Shown piece by piece: positions 37,416-46,950 of a stretch of DNA of 64,000 bases (the stretch's first letter is position 1; each line of letters opens with the position of its first letter). A program made the position numbers and the translations under genes. The DNA lies in IMG/VR virus record IMGVR_UViG_3300028380_000013, positions 2,008 through 66,007 of that record; one strand, 5' to 3'. Under the pieces are notes generated by a model. That model was not told where the DNA came from and made no database searches. It saw nothing but the letters and a program-made list of their open reading frames with translations. The stretch is from a virus (taxonomy: Duplodnaviria; Caudoviricetes).

Positions 37416-39275
37416 TTAGTCCCAGAAGTTGCCGATCCACAATCCTGTACGCGCTGGCGTTTCGAGAATCTTCGCCATACCGCGTATCATCGCTGCTTGC
37501 AGTTCGCGACCGTACTCTTCGGCGTACTGCGTAGGAACGACGCCGACCAACTCATCGTGTACAGTCGCAGACAGATACATATCAAGTCCGGCATTCTTCG
37601 CTTCCAGAATGGCGAATTTCATCCCGGCAGCGGCGTTACCCTGAACTTCGGTGTTCAGGATCGTTGTGCTCTTTAGCTTGCCCTCTGAGCGCAGCAAGTG
37701 ACGAACACCGCCCGAGCGCAGACGAATTTCCACAACTTGCCGACTGCGATCGTTCGCGCGCTCTTGCGCTAGTTCCTTCTTCTTGCGCAAGCCGGGGAAC
37801 TTTTCGAAATAGATATCGTGGATTTGCTGCGCTTCTGCCGGGGTGAGATCGACCGCGCCTTTCGCTAGCGCATACTCTCGCAATGTCTCGGGCGAGCCGC
37901 CGAAGATGAGGCAGAAGTTTCCCGACTTGAACGCGCGGCGCTCTTTCTGCGTTACCGCACTTTGATTCTTGTTCAGACAGTAGGCGGCAACCATCGCGTG
38001 CGTGTCGCCACCTTTCTCGATGAGCGAGAGTAGCGCAGAATCGTTCGCAAGTTCAGCCGCGATCACGACTTCGATCTGGCTAAAGTCGCTCGATACGATC
38101 TTCATTCCCGGCTCGCCACCGATAACACCGCGCATATCTTTCGGCCACGCTTGCATGTTCGGCTCCGAGCACGCGAAGCGCAGCGTGGCTGTGCCTGCTT
38201 GTCGGAACTGCGCGTGAATGCGACCGCGTTTCGATCGAAACTTCGTAATCCATTCTTCGTTGTACATGCCGACGCGCTTCGTCGCTTCGCGTAGCTTGAC
38301 GACAGTACCAACCATCTTCGCCGCGCCTTCTGCTCGCGCTACGAATTCTTCATCAGTCTCGTTCGGACGCGGTTCCATGATACCGTTCGCGACGATTCCG
38401 GCTAGCCCTTTATCTGCGATAGCTTGCAGCAAGTCTGCGCCTGTGCTCTCTTTGACTTGTCGTTCTTTCTTGCCTGTCTCTTTGTTCTGCACGAACTTGA
38501 CGGTTTTCGGAATCTTCATACCGAGTTTGACCATCAGATTTTTGATCTGTAAGGAGCTATTCACATTCGTCTCTCCGAATGTGGTGGTCATGTATTCTGT
38601 CGCTTCTGCGATGTACGTAGCTTGCGAGACACGAAACTCATCGAGAGCGCTTACCGACAGCGGTAGCCCGTTGTACGTCATCTTCGCGACAGTGCCAACG
38701 ATCGCCATTTCGAGCGCGAGTGCCTTCGTCTGTCGCTGCTTCGCTATGTCTGCTTCTTGCGCTCGTCTCAGCGCGTGAGCGTGTACGAGATCATCGCAGC
38801 AGTACAATAGCTGCTTGTCGTCAAGCTCGCGATTCATCCACGAGCTATGATCAGCGTCTTTCTCGATCATGATGCCGGTGCGCCGTTTGATCTCGGCTTG
38901 CAGCGATTTCGATTGACCGGCGCGATCAGTCGTGATCGCAAGTCCCGCACCGACGATCGTATCGTAAATGCGCGGGTCGGCGGCGCGAACTCCGTTGTTG
39001 AGCAAGAAGGGGATATCGAAGCAGACTCCGTTATGCCACGTAAAGCGCTTCGTCGGGTCACTGAGTAGCGTCTTTACGGAATCGGGGATAACACCGCGAA
39101 CATGCAGCACGGCGAGTGTGCTCGTCTGCTCGCCGTAGAGCGAGACGACAGCCACCGGATCGCGATGCGAGATAAGCCCTCCGGTTTCGAGATCGGCGGC
39201 AATATCTTCGTCGTTCGCGAGCAGCCGAACCGCCGTGTTCGCGTCTCGAATGATCTCGTGGCCGTCAGCTTTCAT
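37416..39275 (-). CDS. polA: family A DNA polymerase (3'-5' exo plus polymerase)
   Basis: ExoI DLET, ExoII HNGVCFD, motif A DFSQIE, motif B RRAFKSGNFCLIFG, motif C VHDE. Confidence 0.95.
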   Translation of the reverse strand: MKADGHEIIRDANTAVRLLANDEDIAADLETGGLISHRDPVAVVSLYGEQTSTLAVLHVRGVIPDSVKTLLSDPTKRFTWHNGVCFDIPFLLNNGVRAADPRIYDTIVGAGLAITTDRAGQSKSLQAEIKRRTGIMIEKDADHSSWMNRELDDKQLLYCCDDLVHAHALRRAQEADIAKQRQTKALALEMAIVGTVAKMTYNGLPLSVSALDEFRVSQATYIAEATEYMTTTFGETNVNSSLQIKNLMVKLGMKIPKTVKFVQNKETGKKERQVKESTGADLLQAIADKGLAGIVANGIMEPRPNETDEEFVARAEGAAKMVGTVVKLREATKRVGMYNEEWITKFRSKRGRIHAQFRQAGTATLRFACSEPNMQAWPKDMRGVIGGEPGMKIVSSDFSQIEVVIAAELANDSALLSLIEKGGDTHAMVAAYCLNKNQSAVTQKERRAFKSGNFCLIFGGSPETLREYALAKGAVDLTPAEAQQIHDIYFEKFPGLRKKKELAQERANDRSRQVVEIRLRSGGVRHLLRSEGKLKSTTILNTEVQGNAAAGMKFAILEAKNAGLDMYLSATVHDELVGVVPTQYAEEYGRELQAAMIRGMAKILETPARTGLWIGNFWD

Positions 39276-39318
39276 TGTTCGCTCCGCTCACGCGCTAAAG
39301 ATACTGCCGCCGATCGCA

Positions 39319-39795
39319 CTATTCCGAAAGACGATTTTCCGCATTCTGCAAGGCGGAAGGATACATGCGCAGCGTTCGGAAGATCGTCATCGTGTCGATC
39401 TCGTCTTTCGCTGTCGCCCAATCGGGCACGCATTGAATCGTGGGCCAGTAGTGGAACAGATTTTCGGGAACGCCAACGATAATAATCGTTTTCTCGTGAG
39501 CGATAGCCCAGCCAAGCTCAACGAAACGCCCGCCCCTGCCTGCTCCCGGTGGCGGATCGGTCGGACTCTCACCGAACTGGATCATCACATCGCACTTATA
39601 GACGTCGATCAAGTCCTCGACCGCGAAGCGTGCATTTTGCTGAGCGTACTTCGAATCAGTATCGTCGGTGATCGTGCCTTCGTGCTCCGCGAAGAGCCAG
39701 CGCGACGTCACTTCGTGCCCGTGCGCCATCAGATCGGCGGCATACTCGCACAGTTCGGCGCGGCGACCGTAGCGCGAAGCGAGATAGAAACGCAT
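39319..39795 (-). CDS. nucleoside 2-deoxyribosyltransferase/nucleotide N-glycosidase family protein
   Basis: FYLAS...EDLIDVYKCD...GRGGRFVELGWAIAHEK. Confidence 0.75.
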   Translation of the reverse strand: MRFYLASRYGRRAELCEYAADLMAHGHEVTSRWLFAEHEGTITDDTDSKYAQQNARFAVEDLIDVYKCDVMIQFGESPTDPPPGAGRGGRFVELGWAIAHEKTIIIVGVPENLFHYWPTIQCVPDWATAKDEIDTMTIFRTLRMYPSALQNAENRLSE

Positions 39796-39797
39796 GA

Positions 39798-40661
39798 CTA
39801 GCCCCTTTCCATCAGTTTGAGATAGATATCCTCGATCCCTGGCACATCTACCAGGGTGACAAGGCGCAGATTTAGCGCGATCGTGTCGCGATTGAACACG
39901 AGCGATTGAGTAAGCTTCGGCGTCAAGCGCCCTTCGAGCGCGGCGCGGATCGCCCCTTCGATGTTTCCGTAGTCGCAGACGAGACGACAGGCGGTGCCGT
40001 GACCGACACGCGGTATCTGCGGAACGTCGTCGGCTTTGTCGCCTTGCAGCGCTTTGTAATGCGGTATGAGCGCGGGCGGAAATCCGTATTTCTGCTGCAC
40101 TTCATCGACACCGAAAACTTCGGGAGCGTCATACGGACCTTTCGGCACAAGCAGGAATGTGGAATCGTCCACCGCTTGCAGCAGATCGCGATCGGCAGAC
40201 AAGATGTACGAGTTTCCGGTGTGCGCGTGAGCGAGCGCGGCCATAACATCGTCGGCTTCGAACCCGAAAACCTGCACGACTGTCATACGCTGCGCTTGTT
40301 CGCGAGTCGGCCCGCTTAGCGCGTGTACGAGCGACGGGGCGCGATCTTCCGATCTCATACGCTCGCTTTTGTATCCGCCGTAAATCTCTTTGCGACCGCT
40401 GTACCCGCCATCAAGTACGATCGCGATGCGCCAGCCGGGGAACAGTACACCTTGCGTCATCGATCGGATATTCTGCTCAGCGATCAGGCAGATATCGTGC
40501 GACAGTAGATCATCCTTCGCGCCCAGGCTGTGAAACGTGCGATGGATCATGTTCGACCAGTCTACGATCAGCAAGTCGCGCTCCGAGTTTTCTAAGTGCT
40601 TGCTCTCTTCTGGGAGTTTTCTTGTGAGCGCTGATTGAGAATCCGCGATGTTGACGACCAT
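39798..40661 (-). CDS. 5'-3' exonuclease (T5/PolI N-terminal-like)
   Basis: LLIVD, EADD, SADRDLLQ, H3TH ALQGDKADDVPQIPRVG. Confidence 0.9.
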   Translation of the reverse strand: MVVNIADSQSALTRKLPEESKHLENSERDLLIVDWSNMIHRTFHSLGAKDDLLSHDICLIAEQNIRSMTQGVLFPGWRIAIVLDGGYSGRKEIYGGYKSERMRSEDRAPSLVHALSGPTREQAQRMTVVQVFGFEADDVMAALAHAHTGNSYILSADRDLLQAVDDSTFLLVPKGPYDAPEVFGVDEVQQKYGFPPALIPHYKALQGDKADDVPQIPRVGHGTACRLVCDYGNIEGAIRAALEGRLTPKLTQSLVFNRDTIALNLRLVTLVDVPGIEDIYLKLMERG

Positions 40662-40845
40662 ATTTCGGTCCTTTCTTGTGTGGACTATTGCCGCCCGACT
40701 TGCTGCGAAACGACATACCAATCGCATTCACAACGCGCTGTTTCGTTCGTGGTGGATCAGCGCAACGCCAACAAAAGCCGGTGGCTGTTGAAAGCTGCGC
40801 CTGTTTCCCGCAGTTCGGGCATACGCCGCTGTACCATTCTTTCAT
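40510..40845 (-). CDS. zinc-finger basic protein
   Basis: CPNC...CWRC; ATGA-coupled; tail overlaps the exonuclease start. Confidence 0.4.
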   Translation of the reverse strand: MKEWYSGVCPNCGKQAQLSTATGFCWRCADPPRTKQRVVNAIGMSFRSKSGGNSPHKKGPKYGRQHRGFSISAHKKTPRREQALRKLGARLADRRLVEHDPSHVSQPGREG

Positions 40846-41645
40846 TCGCCGCTCTCCGCAGTCAACGGCACGAGCGCAGGAACTTTCGGGAAATATTCAG
40901 CAGCAAGTCCCGGCATTGCTCCGCTCTTCCACTCTTCGCCTGCCCTGCTGCGCACATCTTCCGCCCACTCGCGAAACGTTTCGAGATCGTAGAAAGACGG
41001 TACGAGGAAGTGCCAATCGAGCGCGGGACCGCTCGCCGCTTCCAGAGACTTTTCGTAAATGTGCGCGTTCGCGACGAAGCAGCTAATTGGCCCGACTCGC
41101 AAGCTCGGCCATACGCAGTTCGCGACGATCTGCGCCAGCCCCGACACGACGATCAGATCGTGCGGTGCGCCGAACCACAAGTCCCAACTACGGAAATACG
41201 CAGTCGTATACAACGTCTTATGGCGCATCTGAAATTGCAGCGACGATAGGCACGGCTGCTCGCTCAGATGCTCTTGCGGATCGGAGATTGTGATGATCGC
41301 GCGCCGACTGTTCGCGCTCTCGCGAAGCTCTTCGATCACGTCTGCAAGCTGATCGGCATAGACGTTGCGCACACGGGGACCGTAGATCGCTGATCGCCCG
41401 AACAAGCTCATATCGACACGCGGGGCGATTGCTGCGATCTCGCTTTCTTCGAATGCTCCGGTGATGAACTGCGCAAGCTCCATATAGCCCAGCTCGCGCC
41501 GCATCTTCTGACGACGCGGGAGCGCGAACGGGAGGATTGTCAAAGCCACGTTACGCATTTCGCGAGCAGGGCCGACGCGGGTATCCACGCGATTCCCGTT
41601 CATGCGACAGTATTCGAGTAGATACCAGTACGAGTCTGCATACAT
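40842..41645 (-). CDS. thymidylate-synthase-family enzyme, probable dCMP (hydroxy)methyltransferase
   Basis: SRRAII, QPCLSSLQF (catalytic Cys), RSWDLWFGAPHD, NAHIY; AGGAG RBS at 41645; in-frame extension to 41798. Confidence 0.8.
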   Translation of the reverse strand: MYADSYWYLLEYCRMNGNRVDTRVGPAREMRNVALTILPFALPRRQKMRRELGYMELAQFITGAFEESEIAAIAPRVDMSLFGRSAIYGPRVRNVYADQLADVIEELRESANSRRAIITISDPQEHLSEQPCLSSLQFQMRHKTLYTTAYFRSWDLWFGAPHDLIVVSGLAQIVANCVWPSLRVGPISCFVANAHIYEKSLEAASGPALDWHFLVPSFYDLETFREWAEDVRSRAGEEWKSGAMPGLAAEYFPKVPALVPLTAESGE

Positions 41646-41799
41646 CGTATTTCTCCTAACAACGTCAGTCTCGATCGCGTCGGCCCACTCTTCCAGATCG
41701 CGCAGCGTGAAACGATCGAGTCCCATGTGTTGCGCGCGTTCGCCCCACTCGCGCTCGTGCGCAGCGACTAACTGGCGAAGCTCGCGCACAACGTCCATA

Positions 41800-42297
41800 C
41801 TAGTCTCGCTTGTCGAAAGTAACTCGCCCGCCGCGCGTGTATATGTCGATCAGACTATTCGCGAACTTTTTCGAATGCAATTCTCCGGTATAACCCATCT
41901 TGCGCAGATACGTTATCTGTTTCTCTGTTGGTGCTTCGTGATCCATACGGGTGAGAATCTGCGCTCCGCTACGATCTTCGCGCAACTGCTCGCGCTCTGT
42001 TTCGCTTAGCTGTGCGTAAGCGATGCACCAGCGAGCGTAGTCTAGTGCCTGTTCTGGTGCGCGTTGCAACTGCGCTAGTTGTTCGATCTCTTTGTCGTTG
42101 GGATTGTAAGTGCGAATACGTCGGCGCAGTTCGCTCGCTACGGCGTTGACCGCACTCTCCGGTGGCAAGGTAGCGAGCGAACTTGCGTATTGCGCACGAA
42201 CGAAGTGGAGAAAAAGATTCGCTATCGCGCTACGCTGCTTTTCGGGGTAGAGTGCTAGCAGATCGCGAGAGCCGGGAATATCAGCATACGTGATCAT
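41800..42297 (-). CDS. hypothetical protein with C-terminal APTEKQ domain
   Basis: APTEKQITYLRKMG motif. Confidence 0.5.
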   Translation of the reverse strand: MITYADIPGSRDLLALYPEKQRSAIANLFLHFVRAQYASSLATLPPESAVNAVASELRRRIRTYNPNDKEIEQLAQLQRAPEQALDYARWCIAYAQLSETEREQLREDRSGAQILTRMDHEAPTEKQITYLRKMGYTGELHSKKFANSLIDIYTRGGRVTFDKRD

Positions 42298-42299
42298 CA

Positions 42300-42824
42300 C
42301 TATCCTTCCTGTCCTATCTTGTAACGGCGTAAAATGAATGCGGCGTAGTTTGCGACGTCGGCGCATTTGTCCTCTACGTCGTTATCGAATTCGAGCGCTA
42401 GTCGCATTTCTGCAATGTTCTGGTGCAGCATCGATGCGAGCTTTTCGGGAGTCAGCGTCATGTAATATTCTTTACGTGGGTTCTCATCATACGCTTTCGT
42501 CATCGCGCGAATGATGCCGTCCATGTGCGGCGCGAGCTTCGTCAGGCCGATTGCGGCGATCATCTTGCGCGCTTCGTCGCGATCTGATTCTTTCTCATTC
42601 TCGGGCAGATCGGCATAGGCTGTCGCTGCTTGTCGCTGCCAGCGTTCGACTGCCCACTCGGGCATGATCAGTCGTCCCGTGTCCCGCGAAGTCATAATAC
42701 TGTGTTCTAGTGTCATTTTCGAGAACATGTAATCCATCCACCCGCTCCACGCAGTGTGCGCATATTCTGCGAGCGCTTCGATCACTTTTGCGGAAGTTTC
42801 TTGCTCGTTCTCTGTCGTGCTCAT
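42300..42824 (-). CDS. RyR-repeat-like plus all-alpha NTPase-like fusion
   Basis: LAEYAHTAW...YADLPENEKESDR; C-terminal CADVANYAAFI. Confidence 0.5.
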   Translation of the reverse strand: MSTTENEQETSAKVIEALAEYAHTAWSGWMDYMFSKMTLEHSIMTSRDTGRLIMPEWAVERWQRQAATAYADLPENEKESDRDEARKMIAAIGLTKLAPHMDGIIRAMTKAYDENPRKEYYMTLTPEKLASMLHQNIAEMRLALEFDNDVEDKCADVANYAAFILRRYKIGQEG

Positions 42825-42901
42825 CGCGTACACTCTCGCCTCCTTCACACTATCTGAACAGGGTTTGCACAGCTTGCGATCGATCGTCTAGCGCTGCTGT
42901 T

Positions 42902-42930
42902 ATTATACTCTATCGCTGCTTAGATTGTAA
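42902..42930 (-). promoter_or_regulatory. sigma70-like promoter
   Basis: TTACAA-N17-TATAAT; shares gcgatagagTATAAT with the promoter at 48195. Confidence 0.65.
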
Positions 42931-43427
42931 ACCTTCATCTCGATACCCGCCGCACCGAACAAGTCCAACACTTGCTCGCGCTCTTCGGGGTGAAGCTCAT
43001 CATTCGACCACGTTACGCTAGCGCAGCCGATCTGCACGAGCGCTAGCGCGCAGTTCACACACGGGCGATCGGTGCAGTAGACGTGCGAGCCGAGCAATCT
43101 CGCGCCGCTCCTGCTCGCTTGATATATCGCGTTCGCTTCGGCGTGGACTGCGCGCGTACACCGTCCCAGCTTGTCTAGGACGCAGCCAACTTCGCTACAG
43201 TGTGCGAGATGACGCGGTGCCCCGTTGTAGCCGCTAGAGATCGCCCTATGATCTGCGCTCGCGATCACGCAGCCGACTTGACGACGCGGGCACGTCGATC
43301 GCCACGACCAGACATTCGCGAGCAAGACGAACGTATCGTCCCAGCTAGGCCGACCCAGCGATCGGACGATCTGTGTTAGCTCTTCGCGGTGCTCTTGCAG
43401 TTTTCGAAGTCCTTCGCTCGGTTCCAC
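42903..43427 (-). CDS. dCMP deaminase
   Basis: RSTCPRRQVG, GYNG, HAEANAI, PCVNC. Confidence 0.9.
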   Translation of the reverse strand: MEPSEGLRKLQEHREELTQIVRSLGRPSWDDTFVLLANVWSWRSTCPRRQVGCVIASADHRAISSGYNGAPRHLAHCSEVGCVLDKLGRCTRAVHAEANAIYQASRSGARLLGSHVYCTDRPCVNCALALVQIGCASVTWSNDELHPEEREQVLDLFGAAGIEMKVYNLSSDRV

Positions 43428-43455
43428 TGCGGTACTCCTTTCCCGTAATCATCGC

Positions 43456-43887
43456 TCACTCTGCTCTCACTGTCTCGGGCTTTCCCGCACGTCCCCACGG
43501 ATTCGAAGTCGGCTTGCCCCGGCGATACGGTCGCGGCGTACCTTTCGCTCTCCCGGCGTTCGGCAAGAGTGCGGCGGGATTACCTTTCGGATTGTTCGAC
43601 GGCTCACCTTTGCGCTCACCGCGCTTCGTCTTGACGATGAATATATGATTGGGATTGCAGCAGAAGCGAATACAGTTATGCATTCTGCGCAACGTCCAAC
43701 CGGGAAGAATGCACCGACCGCTCAGTTCGACTGCGATCACGGCGACTTGCTTCGGCGGTCTGCCGAGAGTTGGGACGGTTTTCTCGCTCATCTCCGAGCC
43801 GTCCTCTTTCAGAAATTGCCAACACTGCGTAGCCTCGATGATACGACAGTTGTTGCGTAGTTCCGCGACCGAATGTAACTCTCGCAC
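43456..43887 (-). CDS. HNH/His-Me endonuclease-like protein (possibly degenerate)
   Basis: CWQF...MHNCIRFCCNPNHI; basic tail. Confidence 0.5.
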   Translation of the reverse strand: MRELHSVAELRNNCRIIEATQCWQFLKEDGSEMSEKTVPTLGRPPKQVAVIAVELSGRCILPGWTLRRMHNCIRFCCNPNHIFIVKTKRGERKGEPSNNPKGNPAALLPNAGRAKGTPRPYRRGKPTSNPWGRAGKPETVRAE

Positions 43888-43889
43888 AC

Positions 43890-46043
43890 CTACTCTCCGA
43901 ACTTACCGAACGACCCGAAGATCGTCGCTTTCAGTCTGCCACCGATCAGATAGACTGCTGTATCGCCCGTGCCGTTGTGATATGTCGGATCGACGACTAG
44001 TCCGATCTTGCGCAAGTCTTGATAGAAGATCGGATCGAGCGGGCCGATATACTGACCACGATCTTTCTTCCAACTGACGTAGCGCTGATACACTTCGATG
44101 AGCGGGACGTGTTCGCCTTCGATAATTTCGATCTCGTCTGCCGCGAAGCTGATGATCGGATCAGATGCGGTGCGATACGTCTCGATCGTGGCTTGCACAG
44201 AAGAGGGTAACGTCCACGGTCCCGATCGTTTGATCTCATCGAGCAGACGACGCAAGCCGATGATCGCCCAATTGAGTAGCCCCGCAGCTTCGGATTTCAC
44301 TTTCGCGTCTAGCTCGTCATCTTTCCAACGCGGGTGGTGCAAGAATTCGACGGGAACGATTCTGCGCCACATTCCCTCTCCCTGATCGAGCGGCGGAAGC
44401 TCGTTACTGCCCCAGATCAGTTTGCCGTCAAACGATACGGAGAACGGACGTCCATACGGGTGACGAGCTTGCACCGCATCGCCTGCAACCAACGCTTTCA
44501 CTGTCGAAGTGCGCAGCAGTCGCGGAGACAGTTCGGAGCATGTTCCCGCACGTTTCCCCGCAAGCTGTGCGAGAGAGTATTCCGAAAACTTCTCCGTGGT
44601 GATTGCGGTCGCGGCTGCACCCAAAAGTTGTTCGACCGCTTTTATGTACGTAGACTTTCCGGTTCCGCTCGGGCCGTGTAGCCACAACATGCGCTGCCAG
44701 CGATTGCCAGCCATCAGCACGTAGCCTAGCCACTCTTGCAGATGATCGCGCACTGACGGATGTGGCGCAGCTTCTTCGATGAACCTTTCCCACTCGGGAC
44801 AAGTCGCGGTCGGATCGTAGACGACAGGAACGCACCACAAGTGCCCGCGCTCTTTCTGGATCGGCTCGATCTCTAACGTTTTCAGATTTAGCGTACCGTT
44901 CAGCAGCGGTAGATAATGCGGTTCCGGTTTCGGTAGCGGGTTGTTCGCACAATGCCCGTTCAGCAGTCCCGCTATCGCTGTCGCCATTCGTGCAGTCGGC
45001 GTGTACTCGCGCAATTCTCCTTGATCTACCACGCGAATCTCTGCGAGAATGTCGAACACATCTTTGATGATCGCCTTATCTTCTTGTATCTCCCAATGCG
45101 TGTCGCGCCATCTGACGACTTTACCAACCGCGCCGCTCCAACGTTCAGTCTCGATAATGTAGGCGAGTACATCGCGCTCAACGTTAGAAACGCTACCGAT
45201 ACGCTCGTCAGCGATCACCAGATCGCCGTCGCGAATTGTGATGCCGAGCGCTTCCAGAAGTTTCGCATACTTCTCTTGCGTGAGCGCTGTGCGCAGAGAA
45301 GCGGTTGCGCATATCTCGCCCATCGAGATACGTTGATATGTCTCGCGAACGTTTTTCAGCTTACCGGGCAGATCGGAGCCGGGATTCTTGTCGTACAGTC
45401 GCTCAACGCACGCGAGCGCGCGATCAAGCTCCCAACCCGCTCGCGCTAACACTGCTGCGAGTGCCATCGTCAATGCGTGACGTTCTCCCGAATTATAGTG
45501 AGGGGCGACTAGCGATGAGATGAATTCGGAAGCGAGCGTGTCTGCACTGTACTCTACTTCGTCATCGAACATCAGGATTTGGACGGTGCGGGGCGGTGTG
45601 TACTTTGTGTTCGCTGAGAATGGCAGTCGCAGCGAAGCTCGCGTATTACAGACTTGCGGATCGCCGTCAAAGGTGAGCGTGGCGAGTTTCGCGAGACGTA
45701 CTAAATTTTCGGGCGACTCTGCGACGTCTAAGCGCCAGTAAAGATGGTAGCCGTTCACCCGACCAGAGTGAATGATGACAGTCGGTTTCGGGTCGAAGTC
45801 TGCGGGATCGATCGTTGAGCCGTCAGTGTCGCACCAGACGAGCGTACCATCGGCGGGCGAGTCGTCTGCAAGCTTTCGCGGGATTGCACCGAAGTAGTAA
45901 GATGTAGTCGCAATGTCGGGCAGATCAGGAAGCGCAGCGAGTGCGAACAGAACAGGCTTACCGGGGATCGTGCGCAGTTCGATCCCGCAGTCGATCGGTG
46001 TGCGCGAGTGGATATCGCGCACAAAATCACGATAATCCGTCAT
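43890..46043 (-). CDS. primase-helicase (RepB-like AEP primase plus D5/SF3 helicase)
   Basis: HSG...GYHLYWRL...LRLP; PLLNGTLNL; Walker A GPSGTGKST; SNELP; WRRIVPVEF. Confidence 0.9.
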   Translation of the reverse strand: MTDYRDFVRDIHSRTPIDCGIELRTIPGKPVLFALAALPDLPDIATTSYYFGAIPRKLADDSPADGTLVWCDTDGSTIDPADFDPKPTVIIHSGRVNGYHLYWRLDVAESPENLVRLAKLATLTFDGDPQVCNTRASLRLPFSANTKYTPPRTVQILMFDDEVEYSADTLASEFISSLVAPHYNSGERHALTMALAAVLARAGWELDRALACVERLYDKNPGSDLPGKLKNVRETYQRISMGEICATASLRTALTQEKYAKLLEALGITIRDGDLVIADERIGSVSNVERDVLAYIIETERWSGAVGKVVRWRDTHWEIQEDKAIIKDVFDILAEIRVVDQGELREYTPTARMATAIAGLLNGHCANNPLPKPEPHYLPLLNGTLNLKTLEIEPIQKERGHLWCVPVVYDPTATCPEWERFIEEAAPHPSVRDHLQEWLGYVLMAGNRWQRMLWLHGPSGTGKSTYIKAVEQLLGAAATAITTEKFSEYSLAQLAGKRAGTCSELSPRLLRTSTVKALVAGDAVQARHPYGRPFSVSFDGKLIWGSNELPPLDQGEGMWRRIVPVEFLHHPRWKDDELDAKVKSEAAGLLNWAIIGLRRLLDEIKRSGPWTLPSSVQATIETYRTASDPIISFAADEIEIIEGEHVPLIEVYQRYVSWKKDRGQYIGPLDPIFYQDLRKIGLVVDPTYHNGTGDTAVYLIGGRLKATIFGSFGKFGE

Positions 46044-46110
46044 ACGAACTTCCCCCAACCCAAGTGCCGGGGTGAGATTTCCCCTCACTCACCCCGGCAC
46101 TGTGTACGCG

Positions 46111-46950
46111 CTAGACGAAAACGTTGTGATCGACTAGCTCGCGCTCTTCGTGCGTGATGGGGCGAATGTCGATGATCGGCGCGAAGTAGGTCGAACGCGC
46201 GGGACCGTCGCGCTTCTCAGCAGCAACGCGAACGACGAAGTTCCGATAGCGGCGCATTTTCAGCGAAGCATTGATCTTACGCGCCGCATCGAGTCCGGTT
46301 CGCGACAAGTCCCAGACCGCCATCTGCTCGTGCGTGAGCGAGAATATTTGGTACGAGAATCCCTCGGAGCACTCGGGCGACTTCGACTTGCCGGTAAGCG
46401 GATTCTTCTCGCCCCACTGCGCTTTCGGGCAGTGTGCACAAACGCCGCCAGGAGTACCGACGCCGATCTTACCGTCGAACGACTGGCACATCTGCACGCG
46501 ATCCTCACCGATGCGATAATCGCGGAACGGTGTTGCGGCGATCACGACCAGTTCGAGCGTATCGCACGCAGGCTGTCCGAACATGATGAACTGTCCCGCG
46601 CTCGCCTGTCGCTCCGTCACTTCTTGCGACTGCCCGCCCAACAGACGGAGACGCGGAATGTGTAAGTCCTTCGACTCGAAATCGTAGAATTCTTCGTACA
46701 CGCGACCGGAAGGCGCGAACTGCTCGCTATCATCAGCCGTCACGAGCGCTGCGCCGTTACCGTGCTGTTGCTTCTCCAAGAGCGCTTCGAAGTCAACGCC
46801 TTCGTTCGGCGTGTCGATCGCGTCGGGCGTGACGTCGATCACCGGGAGCGGCGTCTTGCGCTTCCAGGGTGGGACGTCGCCGTTACCATCGAGAATTTGA
46901 TCGATCTTGTCCGGTTGCTTCGTCGCGTCGTTCTTTGTTGGCGTGCTCAT
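46111..46950 (-). CDS. putative ssDNA-binding/annealing protein
   Basis: DLHIPRLRLLGGQS...CAHCPKAQWG...C; adjacent to the primase. Confidence 0.5.
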   Translation of the reverse strand: MSTPTKNDATKQPDKIDQILDGNGDVPPWKRKTPLPVIDVTPDAIDTPNEGVDFEALLEKQQHGNGAALVTADDSEQFAPSGRVYEEFYDFESKDLHIPRLRLLGGQSQEVTERQASAGQFIMFGQPACDTLELVVIAATPFRDYRIGEDRVQMCQSFDGKIGVGTPGGVCAHCPKAQWGEKNPLTGKSKSPECSEGFSYQIFSLTHEQMAVWDLSRTGLDAARKINASLKMRRYRNFVVRVAAEKRDGPARSTYFAPIIDIRPITHEERELVDHNVFV

